Source: Blastocatellia bacterium (GTDB lineage: Bacteria; Acidobacteriota; Blastocatellia; Chloracidobacteriales; JADJPF01). From it: DNA of 64,000 nt. Location: contig JBDIBI010000003.1 in assembly GCA_039812885.1 (NCBI GenBank), positions 143,237 to 207,236 on the forward strand, in the 5' to 3' direction. Shown here one piece after another: positions 10,449 to 21,760 of this stretch (its first letter is position 1; every line of letters begins with the position of its first letter). A program made the position numbers and the translations under genes. The notes beneath the pieces are model-generated. The model was given only the letters and a program-made list of their open reading frames with translations. It searched no databases and had not been told where the DNA came from.

Positions 10449-11791
10449 AACTTAAACCATTCTGATTCTTCACCATAAATAAACATTATATCTTTGCCAT
10501 TAAAACTCTCTGTTACATCAAAACGCTTAGCATTTTCTTTTCCATTATTATCTTCACCATCTTCACCTGCAAACCAAACAACAGGTTTATTATCTTCTAA
10601 TCGATATCCAATAATTTTATTTGTAACAGGATCTATTGGAATTTCTAAATTTAATTGTTCAAAGACTTCTTGAATATTGCTAGGAAATTTACCATATGCC
10701 TTCTTGTAAGCTAAAGAAACTGCAAATGTTTCTAAAGCCATTGTGGTAGCTTTATCCATATATGCTCCTTTTAGTATATAAAAAGAAAAAGCTCCTGTGT
10801 TATAGGAATATTTCTCAAGCAAATCAACTATGGATATGTCTATAAAGCTAGAAGATAAATTATCTGATAGTTTTGCTGCTACTTTTGCTGATTGGAAATC
10901 CCATTGTCTAAGAGGTGTTCCAAACAAAGTAACATTTTTTTGAGATCGTTTAATTAAGCCTGTATATAGCCTTAATCTAAGCCCTGAAGGTAGATATTTT
11001 ACTTTGAAATAATCATCCAAAAATTTATCTTCTTTTTGTTGTACTAAACAACGATCTAAAGTTAGTTGAGCATTCCTTATTTCTCTAAGTAAGGTCTCAT
11101 AAGGACTTGGTGAGGTTCTGCTTGCTTCTTGTAGTTGATAGGCAATATTAACTAAGACATCTGCTTTAGGATCTTTTTCGGTTAGTATATAGTATAACAC
11201 TGCAATAGATTTTGCTTTACCAGAATGCCCAACAGCAGAAGAAATCCAAAGCTGTAAATTTGGTTCTTTTACAATTAAGGAAGCCAGTTTATAAGAGGCT
11301 AAGGCTAATTCTACGGCTTCTTTTATTTTACCTTCATCTGCTAGTTGTCTAGCTTGTAGATTAGCTAAAGAAAATAATGCATCTGTTTCAAAGAGATTTA
11401 AAGAGTTTTCAGCGTAGCTAGGAAAATGATCATAAAATTGAAAATAAGGACTTTTTGAAGCTTCAATTATATGAGAAATACAATCTTGATTTTGTGTTAC
11501 AAATGATAATTCTTGCTGAGTTAGTGGAGTTTGCCCAGATAAACTTTTGTTAAGTTGTGGAAGTGGAAGATTTCCAAGAGATTTAGAATGGCTTTTTAAA
11601 GTTTGTATTGCTAGGTTATATTCTGTTAATGCGTTTTTTGCTGGATCTAGTTTTTCTATTTTTATAGTGTCAGCACGAGGAATTTCTCCAAATGGTGGAA
11701 TAAAACAAATATACACTATAAAAATTGCTAGTATAGCTCCAAAGATTTTTAAACTAGTTAATACCACTTTTTTTGTTTTTTGTAACCACAT
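10445..11791 (-). CDS. Membrane-anchored hypothetical protein
   Basis: 448-aa ORF with an N-terminal TM/signal anchor (VLTSLKIFGAILAIFIVYICFI) and no recognisable motifs. Its stop overlaps the stop of the convergent kinase gene by 4 bp. Confidence 0.5.
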   Translation of the reverse strand: MWLQKTKKVVLTSLKIFGAILAIFIVYICFIPPFGEIPRADTIKIEKLDPAKNALTEYNLAIQTLKSHSKSLGNLPLPQLNKSLSGQTPLTQQELSFVTQNQDCISHIIEASKSPYFQFYDHFPSYAENSLNLFETDALFSLANLQARQLADEGKIKEAVELALASYKLASLIVKEPNLQLWISSAVGHSGKAKSIAVLYYILTEKDPKADVLVNIAYQLQEASRTSPSPYETLLREIRNAQLTLDRCLVQQKEDKFLDDYFKVKYLPSGLRLRLYTGLIKRSQKNVTLFGTPLRQWDFQSAKVAAKLSDNLSSSFIDISIVDLLEKYSYNTGAFSFYILKGAYMDKATTMALETFAVSLAYKKAYGKFPSNIQEVFEQLNLEIPIDPVTNKIIGYRLEDNKPVVWFAGEDGEDNNGKENAKRFDVTESFNGKDIMFIYGEESEWFKF

Positions 11792-11824
11792 AAATCAAAC
11801 ATAACCTCTTTATACTTCATTAAG

Positions 11825-13186
11825 TTAAAGTTGAATGTCGGTAAAATACCTATAAAAAACTTGTTCCTCAACTATTTCACTATCTTCTTTTAGAACTTGA
11901 TTTATTACTCTAATTCCAGCTTCTTCTCTTAAAATAGCTGTTTCTGAAAGTAATGTCATATATAAATACATCCAAGTTGCAATAGCTTCTAATGTACGTT
12001 TCCCAACGTATTTATCACTAGATGCAAAACCTACAACTTTATCATCTTCAAAAATACTAAAGTAATCTAATTCTGGATAAAGACTCTCTATTTGCATTTT
12101 GGCTCGGCTAATTAGTAAAAATGCAGTATCTTCCCCTAAGGATTCTTTAACTCCCTCAAAAAATCTACGAACAATTATTAGTAATCTTTCTACTTCTAGA
12201 CGAAGCACTTCTACTTTAGTTTCTTCTGAATTACTAGACCAGACATCTTGTGGTTTACTCTCTATTAGAAATTCGTCTTTTGTTGCCGAGCTTTCTTGAG
12301 CCGTTGTGTCTTGAGTTGTAGGTGCTGAAATTAAAGGAATTGCTTGAAAAGCACTATTAATAACATTTTCTGATGATGACATTTGTGCAACATTAAGAAT
12401 GTCTTCTATATGTCTAGGGGTTTCAGGTAAATGAGTAAGTATTTTAGATATTGTATCAGCTTGATCTGTTTCTGACTCTGATTCTATTTCTGTTTCTGTG
12501 GTAGTAGAGAAATTTACTTCGTTGGTTATGTCACTATTATTTATATTAGTAGATATGTTTTCCCTCGTTGCTACGGTTTCATTGTTTGAGGAAATGTTGT
12601 TTAAGTCAGAAATATTTTCTTTTTCAGGTTCTTGGTTTTGTGTTAGTGTTTCTGCCTGAGTTTCTACTTGAGTTTCTCTTGAAATTTGTTCAAAAGATTG
12701 TAATACGTTACATTGAGCAAAAATTTCATTTCTAAATAAATTTTGCTCATTATCAACAGGAAACTCTCCTTTTAATTGGCTTAACTTGCGTCGAGCAACA
12801 AAATTTTTAGGTTCAAGATTTATAACACTCTTTAGAATTGCTTGAGTTTCACGAATGCGTCCTTGTTTTTCATAAAGTGCAGAAAGTATAAGTCTAGGCT
12901 CTACAGCAGTTATATTTAAAGAGTTAGACTGCAAAAGTAGTTTTTCTGATTCAGAATAACTTTTGTCCATTTGTACTAGTAATCTAGCCAAAGTTAACAT
13001 ATATAAGTAATTTTTAGGGGATAGTTCTAGAGCTTTTCGCAATAGCCGTTCTGCTGCGCCCATATCACCGATTTTCAAAGCTGATTTAGCGCCTAAGAAA
13101 AACTTTGTTGCTTCATCAACAGGAGCAGATGGTTGTTGATTAGAATTTTCTACAGATTTACTCATACAAATAAGCCACTTGGTCAT
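11825..13186 (-). CDS. TPR-domain protein with acidic low-complexity linker
   Basis: N-terminal TPR-like repeats (GDMGAAERLLRKALELSPKNYLYMLTLARLL...), a central Thr/Glu/Ser-rich low-complexity region (ETQVETQAETLTQNQEPEKE, TETEIESESETDQ) and an uncharacterised C-terminal domain. The true start may be the internal Met of MSKSVENS. Confidence 0.55.
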   Translation of the reverse strand: MTKWLICMSKSVENSNQQPSAPVDEATKFFLGAKSALKIGDMGAAERLLRKALELSPKNYLYMLTLARLLVQMDKSYSESEKLLLQSNSLNITAVEPRLILSALYEKQGRIRETQAILKSVINLEPKNFVARRKLSQLKGEFPVDNEQNLFRNEIFAQCNVLQSFEQISRETQVETQAETLTQNQEPEKENISDLNNISSNNETVATRENISTNINNSDITNEVNFSTTTETEIESESETDQADTISKILTHLPETPRHIEDILNVAQMSSSENVINSAFQAIPLISAPTTQDTTAQESSATKDEFLIESKPQDVWSSNSEETKVEVLRLEVERLLIIVRRFFEGVKESLGEDTAFLLISRAKMQIESLYPELDYFSIFEDDKVVGFASSDKYVGKRTLEAIATWMYLYMTLLSETAILREEAGIRVINQVLKEDSEIVEEQVFYRYFTDIQL

Positions 13187-13251
13187 CCAAGGATATTCAT
13201 AGAATATAAACCAACAAGTGCTTAAAACCTAATAAGTTCTGATAAAAATTT

Positions 13252-13301
13252 AACCTTCTAGTAGGCTTATAGCTTTTAATCTATGAGCTTACTAGAAGGT
13301 T
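13252..13301 (-). terminator. Putative intrinsic terminator after the TonB-dependent receptor gene
   Basis: 15-bp inverted repeat aaccttctagtaggc / gcttactagaaggtt with one mismatch, 24 bp downstream of the minus-strand stop at 13325. On the minus strand it is followed by aaattttta. Confidence 0.45.
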
Positions 13302-13324
13302 TAGCTGGATTTCATATCAATATT

Positions 13325-16267
13325 TTAGAATATAACCTTAAAGCCTAGTTGTAATTGCCTTGGGGAAAAAGCACTACTATAGACCTGTTTAGGTAATTTA
13401 AAGCGTCCATTGTCTTGTTTAATGCCATCGGCTAGAGTTGCTGCTAAAGTAGCACGAGAATAATTAACTCTATTAAAAAGGTTAAATCCTTCAAATATAC
13501 CTTCAATAGAAACTTTTTCTCTAATTTTAATTTTACGTAAAAGTCTTAGATCAACAGTGTAAAAACCATCTAAAATACCTATATTACGAGCTACATTATT
13601 TGGTCGATCCCCTGCAATTAAATCTCCACTAAGATCTTTATCAAATCCTAAACCATAGTAATAGGGTTGCCCACCTTCTAATCGGACAATTGAAGAAAGA
13701 ACAAAATCTTTTAGAAATTGGTTTTTAGTGTAATCAAGAGACCAGACAGCTGAAAGTGAGAAACGATGTCGGATATCTTGTATGGAAAAACCTCTTTCAT
13801 GTCTTAAATCCAATGGGTTTTGAAAGATAGCATTCTCTAATCGGTAATCTGAAAAGTCATCTAATGCTTTTCCAAATGTGTAATTTGTCAATAATTTAAG
13901 ACGTGAGCCTAAACCACGACTTAATTCTAATGTCAAAGCATTATAATAACTATCCCCATTGGATTCTAAATCTAATACACCCCCTCTATTAGTATCTATT
14001 CGTCCTTTGACACGGCTTCCAATAGGATCTCCCACAATAGGTCTTACTATAGGGTTGATATCACGCCTTAATGGTAAACTAATGCCTCTTACATATTGGT
14101 AACTAGCACTAAATGAAGTGTTTTTATCTAACGCAACATCAAAACCAACATGAACTTGTTGAGCATAACCATTACGGAAATCTTTTTGAATATCACTTTC
14201 TCCACTAAGTTGACGTACATAAGTTACACCAGTAGGAAGAGTTGTAGAGGTTGGAAATCTATTTCCAGGTAAACTAAATGGGATAATGGAATAAGGGAAA
14301 AATAGAATTAACTGTTTGAATCCATTAACTTTTTCCAGCCCTGCTTGCATTACTGGTGCTATTGGAGTGATACCATGAAAAATTCCATAAGAAGCATGTA
14401 AATTAAGTCTTTGCCAAGGGTTATAAGCTAAAGATACACGAGGAGAAAAACTTCCTTTATTCTTAGGTAAAAAATCTACTCGCTCTTGATCATAACGTAA
14501 GCCTAACTTAGCTGTTAACTTTGGAGTTAACCTTATATCATCTTGGAAGAATCCAGAAATATATTGATAATTCATTTCAATAGAAGGATCTCCAAAGCCT
14601 TGAATAAATATCGTAGGCAACTCTATTGTTGTTAAATCTGTTAATGGAAACCCAGGAAACCTCCCAGGCAATAATGGTCCAACTATTTTTAAAGCTGCTT
14701 GTTGTTGAGGTGTTCTTAATGCTGGATCAAATGCTTGAATTAAAGTTAATGGTGGCGCGAGAGTGCTTAAGGAAATTGTACTAAATGTAGCTTGACCAAA
14801 GAAACCAGCAGGAAATAAATTCTCTTTTTTAGGTAAATGTACTCTTAAGTAATCTACTCCAAATTTTATTTGATTAATTCCACGTACTAGAGAAGTATTA
14901 TTTACTATTTCAAAAATAAATTCTTTTCTAGGGTTAGGCAAGAATGGATCTTGACCTACAGCTGCACCTGCTTGTAGACGTGGGCCACTTCTAGGATCAA
15001 GTGAATCAGCTTTCAAATCACGGCGAGCAAATAAAAAACGAGTTTCATTAACTAAATTTAAGCTGGGAGCTATGCGAGTATTTGAAACAGAAAGCGTATC
15101 ATCTCTTAGTTGTTGTGTACCGCCTTGAGACTCTGCTCTTCCTCCACCAAATGTAGCTAATGCTCCATTATAAATTCTTCCAAAGTTATAACGAACTGCC
15201 ACTTGATCCTTATCTGAAAGCTTAAAATCATTTCTTAAAAGAAAGGTTGAACTAGCTTCAGAAAAAGGAATATCGCCTACTCTAACAGGAAACCCTCTGC
15301 GATTAAGAGATGCTACCACAACAGCGTTTATATCAACATTTACACTATCTTTAATATTTAGTCTTTCAAAAGAAGCAAAGAAGAAAGCTTTATCTTTTTT
15401 GATTGGCCCACCTAGAGTTAGGCCATATTGATATTGTGAGAAGGATGGTTTATTAGCTCCTGAAAAAGCATTTCGAGCGCTAAGACTATCATTGCGATTA
15501 AGAAAAAATAATGTACCCTCATAAGAATTGCTACCAGTACGAGTTACAATATTTACTAGCCCACCTTGAGCACGACCAAATTCAGCAGAAAATCCATTGC
15601 TAACAACTTGAAATTCCTTTACAGCTTCTTGTGAGTAAGTTGCTCTAACTGAGCCTGCATAATTATCATTGTTGTCTATTCCATCTATTGTAATATTGTT
15701 TTGCCGGGGATTTTGTCCAGAAAAACTTAATCCAGAAGTTGCTTGTGCTCCTTGAAATCGACCACGATCTTGAACTACACCTGATGTAGTAAGAGCAAAA
15801 TCTAAGAAATTTCGTCGGTTTATTGGTAAATTAACAATTTGTGTTGCGTTAATAATAGTGCTTTTTTGGGTTTTAGTTGGTTCTATTATTGTGGATGAAT
15901 CTGCTGTTACTTCGATTACTTCTGAAGGAGTTCCTACTGTAAGAGAGAAGTTTGCTAGTGTAGTAGTTCCAATAGTAAGAGTGATAGGTAATGACTGACT
16001 AGAAAAGCCTTCAGCTTGAGCCATTATTTGATAATTACCCGGAGGTAGTTGAGCAATTATAAAACTACCATCATCTGTAGTTTGTATAGTGCGAAGTAAA
16101 TTGGTCTCTAGTTGTTTAGCTGTAATAGTCGCCCCAACAATTGCTTTACCTTGAGGATCTTTTATTTGCCCAATTACTAAGGCTGTAGTAGAACCTCCTG
16201 ATTGAGCATAAACAGGGGTTAAAGATAAAGTTGCTAAAATGAGCATTGAGCTTAGCCAACGCCACAT
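13325..16267 (-). CDS. TonB-dependent outer-membrane receptor with N-terminal carboxypeptidase-regulatory-like domain (Oar-like)
   Basis: Signal peptide (MLILATLSLTPVYAQS). CarboxypepD_reg-like segment (GQIKDPQGKAIVGATITAKQLETN...DGSFIIAQLPPGNYQI). Plug-like NITIDGIDNND. Long beta-barrel-type sequence ending in an aromatic residue (LGFKVIF). Confidence 0.8.
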   Translation of the reverse strand: MWRWLSSMLILATLSLTPVYAQSGGSTTALVIGQIKDPQGKAIVGATITAKQLETNLLRTIQTTDDGSFIIAQLPPGNYQIMAQAEGFSSQSLPITLTIGTTTLANFSLTVGTPSEVIEVTADSSTIIEPTKTQKSTIINATQIVNLPINRRNFLDFALTTSGVVQDRGRFQGAQATSGLSFSGQNPRQNNITIDGIDNNDNYAGSVRATYSQEAVKEFQVVSNGFSAEFGRAQGGLVNIVTRTGSNSYEGTLFFLNRNDSLSARNAFSGANKPSFSQYQYGLTLGGPIKKDKAFFFASFERLNIKDSVNVDINAVVVASLNRRGFPVRVGDIPFSEASSTFLLRNDFKLSDKDQVAVRYNFGRIYNGALATFGGGRAESQGGTQQLRDDTLSVSNTRIAPSLNLVNETRFLFARRDLKADSLDPRSGPRLQAGAAVGQDPFLPNPRKEFIFEIVNNTSLVRGINQIKFGVDYLRVHLPKKENLFPAGFFGQATFSTISLSTLAPPLTLIQAFDPALRTPQQQAALKIVGPLLPGRFPGFPLTDLTTIELPTIFIQGFGDPSIEMNYQYISGFFQDDIRLTPKLTAKLGLRYDQERVDFLPKNKGSFSPRVSLAYNPWQRLNLHASYGIFHGITPIAPVMQAGLEKVNGFKQLILFFPYSIIPFSLPGNRFPTSTTLPTGVTYVRQLSGESDIQKDFRNGYAQQVHVGFDVALDKNTSFSASYQYVRGISLPLRRDINPIVRPIVGDPIGSRVKGRIDTNRGGVLDLESNGDSYYNALTLELSRGLGSRLKLLTNYTFGKALDDFSDYRLENAIFQNPLDLRHERGFSIQDIRHRFSLSAVWSLDYTKNQFLKDFVLSSIVRLEGGQPYYYGLGFDKDLSGDLIAGDRPNNVARNIGILDGFYTVDLRLLRKIKIREKVSIEGIFEGFNLFNRVNYSRATLAATLADGIKQDNGRFKLPKQVYSSAFSPRQLQLGFKVIF

Positions 16268-16339
16268 AAACCCTCCTTTACGGTTATTATATTAGGTTGT
16301 TTTATTCTATCAAAGCTGGCGACTAAGTTTATTTTTTGC

Positions 16340-17113
16340 TTGGAGAAACACATGAACAAGCATTTATTAAATAGCAGAGATTTAGAGAAATCTTCTGTAG
16401 TGGCAAATTCTCTAATGAACAGAGAAAGAAAAGCTATAGGTTCAAATAGCTATCAACATGAATTAGGTTTTAATCCTATAGAGTATATTGTAAATATACT
16501 AAATGAAAAAGTCAGAACAGCTTGTTTAACTTCCAAAGAGTTGCAAGTTTATAAAGCAAAAGCACATAACCAACAAACCAGTTTTTCTTGGCTAGATATT
16601 TGTTGTGGTAGTGGAAAAGCATTAATTGAAAGCACAGAAATTCTTACTAGCAAAGGTTTTTCAGATAGAGTTAAGTTGATAGGAATTGATTTAGTAGATT
16701 TTTTCCAACCTTATGACCAAAATTTAACTTCTTTACAACTACTAGCAACCTCAGTAAATGACTATAATCCTAACCAACAATTTGACTTAATTACTTGCAT
16801 ACATGGACTACATTACATAGGTGATAAACTCTCTATAATCAAAAAAGCTATTTCTTGGCTTGAACCAACTGGATTATTTGTTGCAAATATTGACCTTGAT
16901 AATTTGCGGTTTGAAGATGGAACAGTTGCAGGACGTAGCATTTTAGCAACTCTTAGAAAACAAGGAGTTGTCTATAAAAATCACTTGCTTAAACACAAAG
17001 GTAATAAACTCCTTAGGTTACCTTATGAATATTTAGGAGCAAGTGATAAAGCTGGTCCAAACTATACAGGTCAAGCTTCAGTAAATTCTTATTATCAGAA
17101 AATAAATGGTTAA
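16340..17113 (+). CDS. Class I SAM-dependent methyltransferase
   Basis: Motif I-like WLDICCGSGKALIE and motif-like FDLITCIHGLHYI. The listed start is TTG at 16340; the ATG at 16352 (MNKHLL) is an equally plausible start. Confidence 0.65.
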   Translation: MEKHMNKHLLNSRDLEKSSVVANSLMNRERKAIGSNSYQHELGFNPIEYIVNILNEKVRTACLTSKELQVYKAKAHNQQTSFSWLDICCGSGKALIESTEILTSKGFSDRVKLIGIDLVDFFQPYDQNLTSLQLLATSVNDYNPNQQFDLITCIHGLHYIGDKLSIIKKAISWLEPTGLFVANIDLDNLRFEDGTVAGRSILATLRKQGVVYKNHLLKHKGNKLLRLPYEYLGASDKAGPNYTGQASVNSYYQKING

Positions 17114-17407
17114 TAAACATTGTTTTCTAACCTAACAACCTAACTTTTGGTAAGTGTAGATGTTATTTTTTATGCTTTGCGTGCTAGAATCACAGGTTGC
17201 AAATAGCTGGCTAAGAAAAACGTTTTAGTACTATATAAATTAATATGTTAACCTATTGATTTTCTAGAAGATTGGTATTAGCTATATCTCCTAATAGATT
17301 AATAGAGTTTACTAATAAAAACCTTTTGTGCAGTTTAGCTTCTAAATTATAAATCCGATAAGCTGCACTAGTGCCCTGTTTTATTTTACAGATATGGAGT
17401 AGAACAT

Positions 17408-20017
17408 ATGTTTGATGAATTTAAACAGCAACTTCCAGATATTGATGAGCAAGAAACAAAAGAATGGATAGATGCCCTTGAGCAAGTAGTTGTAACAGAA
17501 GGTGTTGAGAGAGCTAAATTTTTAATGCGCAAGTTGTTAAAAAAAGCTCGATTGATGCAAATAGGCTTACCTCCTTTAGTTCAGACCCCTTACATTAATA
17601 CCATTTCACCAGAACAAGAGCCTCCTTTTCCAGGAGATGAAAAAATGGAACAACGCATTCGGCGAATCATTCGCTGGAATGCTGCTGTTATGGTAATAGG
17701 TGCTAATAAACACTACCCTGGTATTGGTGGTCACCTCTCTACCTATGCTTCATCTGCAAGCCTTTATGAAGTAGGGTTTAACCACTTTTTTAGAGGAAAA
17801 GATGATGATTCTTCTGGAGATCAAATTTTCTTCCAAGGTCATGCTGCACCAGGGGTTTATGCACGAGCTTTTCTAGAAGGCCGATTAACACAAGATCATT
17901 TAGAGCATTTCCGTCGTGAAGTTGGTGGTAAAGGGCTTTCTTCTTATCCACATCCTAGATTAATGCCAGATTTTTGGGAGTTTCCCACTGTTTCAATGGG
18001 ACTTGGGCCAATTAATGCCATTTATCAAGCCCGCTTTAATCGCTATTTACATGCTCGTGGTATTAAAGATACTTCTAATTCTAAGGTTTGGGCCTTTTTA
18101 GGTGATGGTGAAACAGATGAACCAGAAGCCTTAGGTGCATTGTCTGTAGCCAATCGGGAAGGCTTAGATAATTTAGTGTTTGTAGTTAATTGTAATTTAC
18201 AGCGTTTAGATGGTCCAGTTCGTGGCAATGGCAAGATTGTTCAAGAATTAGAATCTGTATTTCGTGGTGCTGGTTGGAATGTAATTAAAGTAATTTGGGG
18301 ACGTGAATGGGATGAACTTTTAGCTAAAGATGTTGATAGCCTTTTACTACATAAAATGAATGAAGTTCTAGATGGACAATTCCAAAAATATTCTGTATCA
18401 GGTGGGGCTTATATTAGACAACATTTGTTTGGCTCTGATCCTAGATTACTTAAGCTTGTTGAACATCTTAGTGATGAAGAGTTATCTAAACTTAGACGCG
18501 GAGGCCATGATTATAAGAAAGTCTATGCTGCTTACCATGCAGCAGTCAATCATAAAGGTGCACCAACTGTAATTCTAGCTAAAACAATCAAGGGCTGGAC
18601 TTTAGGTGAAAGCGCTGAAGCTCGCAATACTACTCACCAAATGAAAAAACTTAGTGAAACAGACTTAAAGAAATTCCGAGATCGTTTGCATTTGCCAATT
18701 CCAGACGAAGCCATAAAAGATGTTCCACCATTCTATCATCCAGGGCCAAAGAGCGAAGAAGTTCAGTATTTGTTAGAGCGTAGACAAGCACTTAATGGAT
18801 CTGTTCCAACTCGCAAAGTAATGTCTAAACCTCTCAATTTACCTAAGGAAGATGTATATAAAGAATTTTACCAGGAAACTAAACAAGAAGTTTCTACAAC
18901 TATGGCATATGTTCGCATTTTGCGTAAACTCTTAGATGATCCACAAATTGGAAAGCGAATTGTCCCAATTATTCCAGATGAAGCACGTACATTTGGTATG
19001 GATTTTCTATTTAAGAAGATAGGAATTTATGCTTCTTTAGGGCAGCGTTATGATCCAGTGGATTCTGATATGTTGCTTAGTTATAACGAGCAAAAAGATG
19101 GACAGCTTTTAGAAGAGGGAATTACTGAAGCAGGCTCAATTGCTTCACTGACTGCTGCTGGAACTGCTTATGCCACACATGGCGAAAATATGATTCCATT
19201 TTATACCTTCTACTCAATGTTTGGTTTCCAACGTACTGGAGATGGAATTTGGGCTTTTGCTGATATGAGAGGCAAAGGTTTTATGATTGGTGCAACTGCT
19301 GGACGCACCACTTTGATGGGCGAAGGCTTGCAACATGATGATGGTCATAGTCATATATTGGCTTCTGTTGTACCTAGCATTCACACCTATGATCCAGCAT
19401 TTCATTATGAATTTGCAGTAATTGTTAAAAATGGTCTAAAGAGAATGTATGAAGAGCAAGAAGATGTGTTTTATTACATCACTGCATATAATGAAAACTA
19501 TGCAATGCCAGCAATGCCAGAAGGCGTTGAAGAAGGTATTGTTAAAGGAATCTACCTCTTTAAGAAAGGTGATTCTAAGAAGAAAACAAGAGTCCAACTT
19601 TTTGGTAGTGGAACGATTTTAAGAGAAGCTATAAAAGCTGCCGAGATTTTAGCTCAAGAACATAATGTTGCTGCTGATATATGGAGTGTTACTAGTTATT
19701 TAGAGCTAAGACGGGAAGCTTTGGAAGTTGAGCGATGGAATGACGAAAACCAAGGTGAACGTAAGCCTTATATTACTCAGGTTTTAGAAGGTTCTACTGG
19801 GCCAGTAATTGCTGTAACAGATTATATGAGAGCATTACCAGATATGGTTTCACGTTGGATTCCTAACAAATATCGTAGTCTTGGAACAGATGGTTTTGGC
19901 TTAAGTGATACTAGAGAATCTTTACGTAAACATTTTAGAGTAGATTCTAGTGCTATTGTGGATGCTGCTTTATCAATGCTTGGAAAAAAGAGCCAAGGTA
20001 AAGCTGCTAAAAGGTAA
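17408..20017 (+). CDS. aceE: Pyruvate dehydrogenase E1 component, homodimeric type
   Basis: 869 aa. The N-terminus (ETKEWIDALEQVVVTEGVERAKFLMRKLL) and the ThDP-binding region (GDGETDEPEALGAL...NLVFVVNCNLQRLDGPVRGN) are characteristic of AceE. Confidence 0.9.
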   Translation: MFDEFKQQLPDIDEQETKEWIDALEQVVVTEGVERAKFLMRKLLKKARLMQIGLPPLVQTPYINTISPEQEPPFPGDEKMEQRIRRIIRWNAAVMVIGANKHYPGIGGHLSTYASSASLYEVGFNHFFRGKDDDSSGDQIFFQGHAAPGVYARAFLEGRLTQDHLEHFRREVGGKGLSSYPHPRLMPDFWEFPTVSMGLGPINAIYQARFNRYLHARGIKDTSNSKVWAFLGDGETDEPEALGALSVANREGLDNLVFVVNCNLQRLDGPVRGNGKIVQELESVFRGAGWNVIKVIWGREWDELLAKDVDSLLLHKMNEVLDGQFQKYSVSGGAYIRQHLFGSDPRLLKLVEHLSDEELSKLRRGGHDYKKVYAAYHAAVNHKGAPTVILAKTIKGWTLGESAEARNTTHQMKKLSETDLKKFRDRLHLPIPDEAIKDVPPFYHPGPKSEEVQYLLERRQALNGSVPTRKVMSKPLNLPKEDVYKEFYQETKQEVSTTMAYVRILRKLLDDPQIGKRIVPIIPDEARTFGMDFLFKKIGIYASLGQRYDPVDSDMLLSYNEQKDGQLLEEGITEAGSIASLTAAGTAYATHGENMIPFYTFYSMFGFQRTGDGIWAFADMRGKGFMIGATAGRTTLMGEGLQHDDGHSHILASVVPSIHTYDPAFHYEFAVIVKNGLKRMYEEQEDVFYYITAYNENYAMPAMPEGVEEGIVKGIYLFKKGDSKKKTRVQLFGSGTILREAIKAAEILAQEHNVAADIWSVTSYLELRREALEVERWNDENQGERKPYITQVLEGSTGPVIAVTDYMRALPDMVSRWIPNKYRSLGTDGFGLSDTRESLRKHFRVDSSAIVDAALSMLGKKSQGKAAKR

Positions 20018-20043
20018 TAAACAAATATTAGCTTGCAAGTAAT

Positions 20044-20080
20044 ATATTAACCTGGGGTTTAAGCGAAGCTATACCCCAGG
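20044..20080 (+). repeat. Solo right-type hairpin of the dispersed repeat family
   Basis: atattaa then cctggggt-(14 nt)-accccagg. This is the same motif as at 26510-26554 and 42057-42102. It ends 26 nt before the pgi ATG. Confidence 0.7.
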
Positions 20081-20106
20081 AGTTAAAAAGGAGAAAACTA
20101 TTAATT

Positions 20107-21696
20107 ATGAGTTCATTAGCGCTTTGGGATAGATATCGTAAGCATTTATGTGTGTGCCCTTCTGTTGGAATTACCCTTGATATTAGCAGGATGAAGTTTT
20201 CTGATAATTTTTTTGCTGATATGGCAGATAAGATGAATTCTGCTTTTGAGCAAATGGATGCTTTAGAACATGGTAGCATTGCAAACCCTGATGAAGAACG
20301 CATGGTAGGTCATTATTGGTTGCGCGATTCACAACTTGCACCTACTCAAGAATTACGTGAAGAAATTGATAATACTGTTGCAGGAATAAAGAATTTTGCT
20401 GCTTCTGTTCATAATGGTGAAGTTAAAACAGAAAAAGGCGAACTCTTTAAAAATATTTTAGTTGTAGGAATTGGTGGTTCAGCTCTAGGGCCACAGTTTG
20501 TTGCTAATGCTTTAACTACTCCAGCAGATAAAATGAGAGTATTTTTCTTTGATAACACTGATCCAGATGGTATGGATAAAGTGTTTGCTAATATTGGAGC
20601 AGGCCTTAGCCAAACTTTAACTATTGTTATTTCTAAATCTGGTGGTACAAAGGAAACTCGTAATGGAATGCTTGAAGCTAAAGAAGTTTATACCAAAGCT
20701 GGATTGAACTTTTCTAAACATGCCGTAGCTGTAACTCAAACAGGAAGCGAACTTTATAAAGTTGCTACTGGAGATGGTTGGATCACTACTTTTCCAATGT
20801 GGGATTGGGTTGGAGGTCGTACTTCTGAACTTTCTGCTGTGGGGTTATTGCCTGCTGCTTTACAAGGTTTTGATATTGATAGTATGTTAGCTGGAGCTCG
20901 CGAAGTAGATGCAGTTACTAGAGTAAAAGATGTAGCAAATAATCCTTCAGCTTTAATGGCTTTAATGTGGTATCACGCTGGCAATGGCCGTGGACAAAAG
21001 GACATGGTGATCTTGCCTTATAAAGATAGATTAGAATTAATCAGTCGTTACCTTCAACAACTTGTTATGGAATCTTTAGGTAAACAAAATGATCTAGCTG
21101 GAAATGTTGTTAATCAAGGTATTGCTGTTTATGGAAATAAAGGTTCTACAGATCAACATGCTTATGTTCAACAACTACGTGAAGGTGTTAATAACTTTTT
21201 TGTTACTTTTATAGAAGTCCTAAAAGATCGAGCTGGAGAATCTATGAAAGTTGAAGAAGATATAACTTCAGGTGATTATTTAAGCGGCTTTTTACAAGGC
21301 ACTCGCCGAGCATTATTTGAAAATGATCGTGAATCAATGACTGTTACTGTAGAAACAGTAGATGCTCGTACTATAGGTAAGTTATTAGGTCTTTATGAAA
21401 GAGCCGTAGGCTTTTATGGTTTCTTAGTTGGCATTAATGCTTACCATCAACCAGGTGTGGAAGCTGGAAAGAAAGCTGCTGGAGCAGTAATTTCACTGCA
21501 ACGTAAGATCTTAACACATTTACGTGCTCATTCTGGACAAGCATTTACTTTGGATGAAATTGTTAATGCAATTGGAGCTAGTGAAGAAATAGAAACCGCT
21601 TTTAAGATTTTAGAACATTTATCTGCTAATGCGGATCATAAAGTGGGACGTGAAGCAGGGGATTCACCATTTACTGCAAAATACTTTGTTAAGTAG
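20107..21696 (+). CDS. pgi: Glucose-6-phosphate isomerase
   Basis: 529 aa. [28 protein letters not shown] and [12 protein letters not shown] are typical PGI motifs. Confidence 0.9.
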   Translation: MSSLALWDRYRKHLCVCPSVGITLDISRMKFSDNFFADMADKMNSAFEQMDALEHGSIANPDEERMVGHYWLRDSQLAPTQELREEIDNTVAGIKNFAASVHNGEVKTEKGELFKNILVVGIGGSALGPQFVANALTTPADKMRVFFFDNTDPDGMDKVFANIGAGLSQTLTIVISKSGGTKETRNGMLEAKEVYTKAGLNFSKHAVAVTQTGSELYKVATGDGWITTFPMWDWVGGRTSELSAVGLLPAALQGFDIDSMLAGAREVDAVTRVKDVANNPSALMALMWYHAGNGRGQKDMVILPYKDRLELISRYLQQLVMESLGKQNDLAGNVVNQGIAVYGNKGSTDQHAYVQQLREGVNNFFVTFIEVLKDRAGESMKVEEDITSGDYLSGFLQGTRRALFENDRESMTVTVETVDARTIGKLLGLYERAVGFYGFLVGINAYHQPGVEAGKKAAGAVISLQRKILTHLRAHSGQAFTLDEIVNAIGASEEIETAFKILEHLSANADHKVGREAGDSPFTAKYFVK

Positions 21697-21725
21697 TTAG
21701 TTTGAAGAAGTAATTAAGTAAGCAG

Positions 21726-21746
21726 TGGCGGGGTAAATCCCCGCCA
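21726..21746. terminator. Bidirectional intrinsic terminator between convergent genes
   Basis: Perfect GC-rich 8-bp stem tggcgggg-taaat-ccccgcca lying between the pgi stop (21696) and the stop of the minus-strand 136-aa gene (21761). Confidence 0.6.
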
Positions 21747-21760
21747 TCATAACTTTTATA

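Noticed and set aside
20028-20303. A 91-aa minus-strand ORF spanning the aceE-pgi intergenic region and the pgi start.
   Set aside because: It is antisense to the well-supported pgi N-terminus and runs through the repeat hairpin. It has no motif support.
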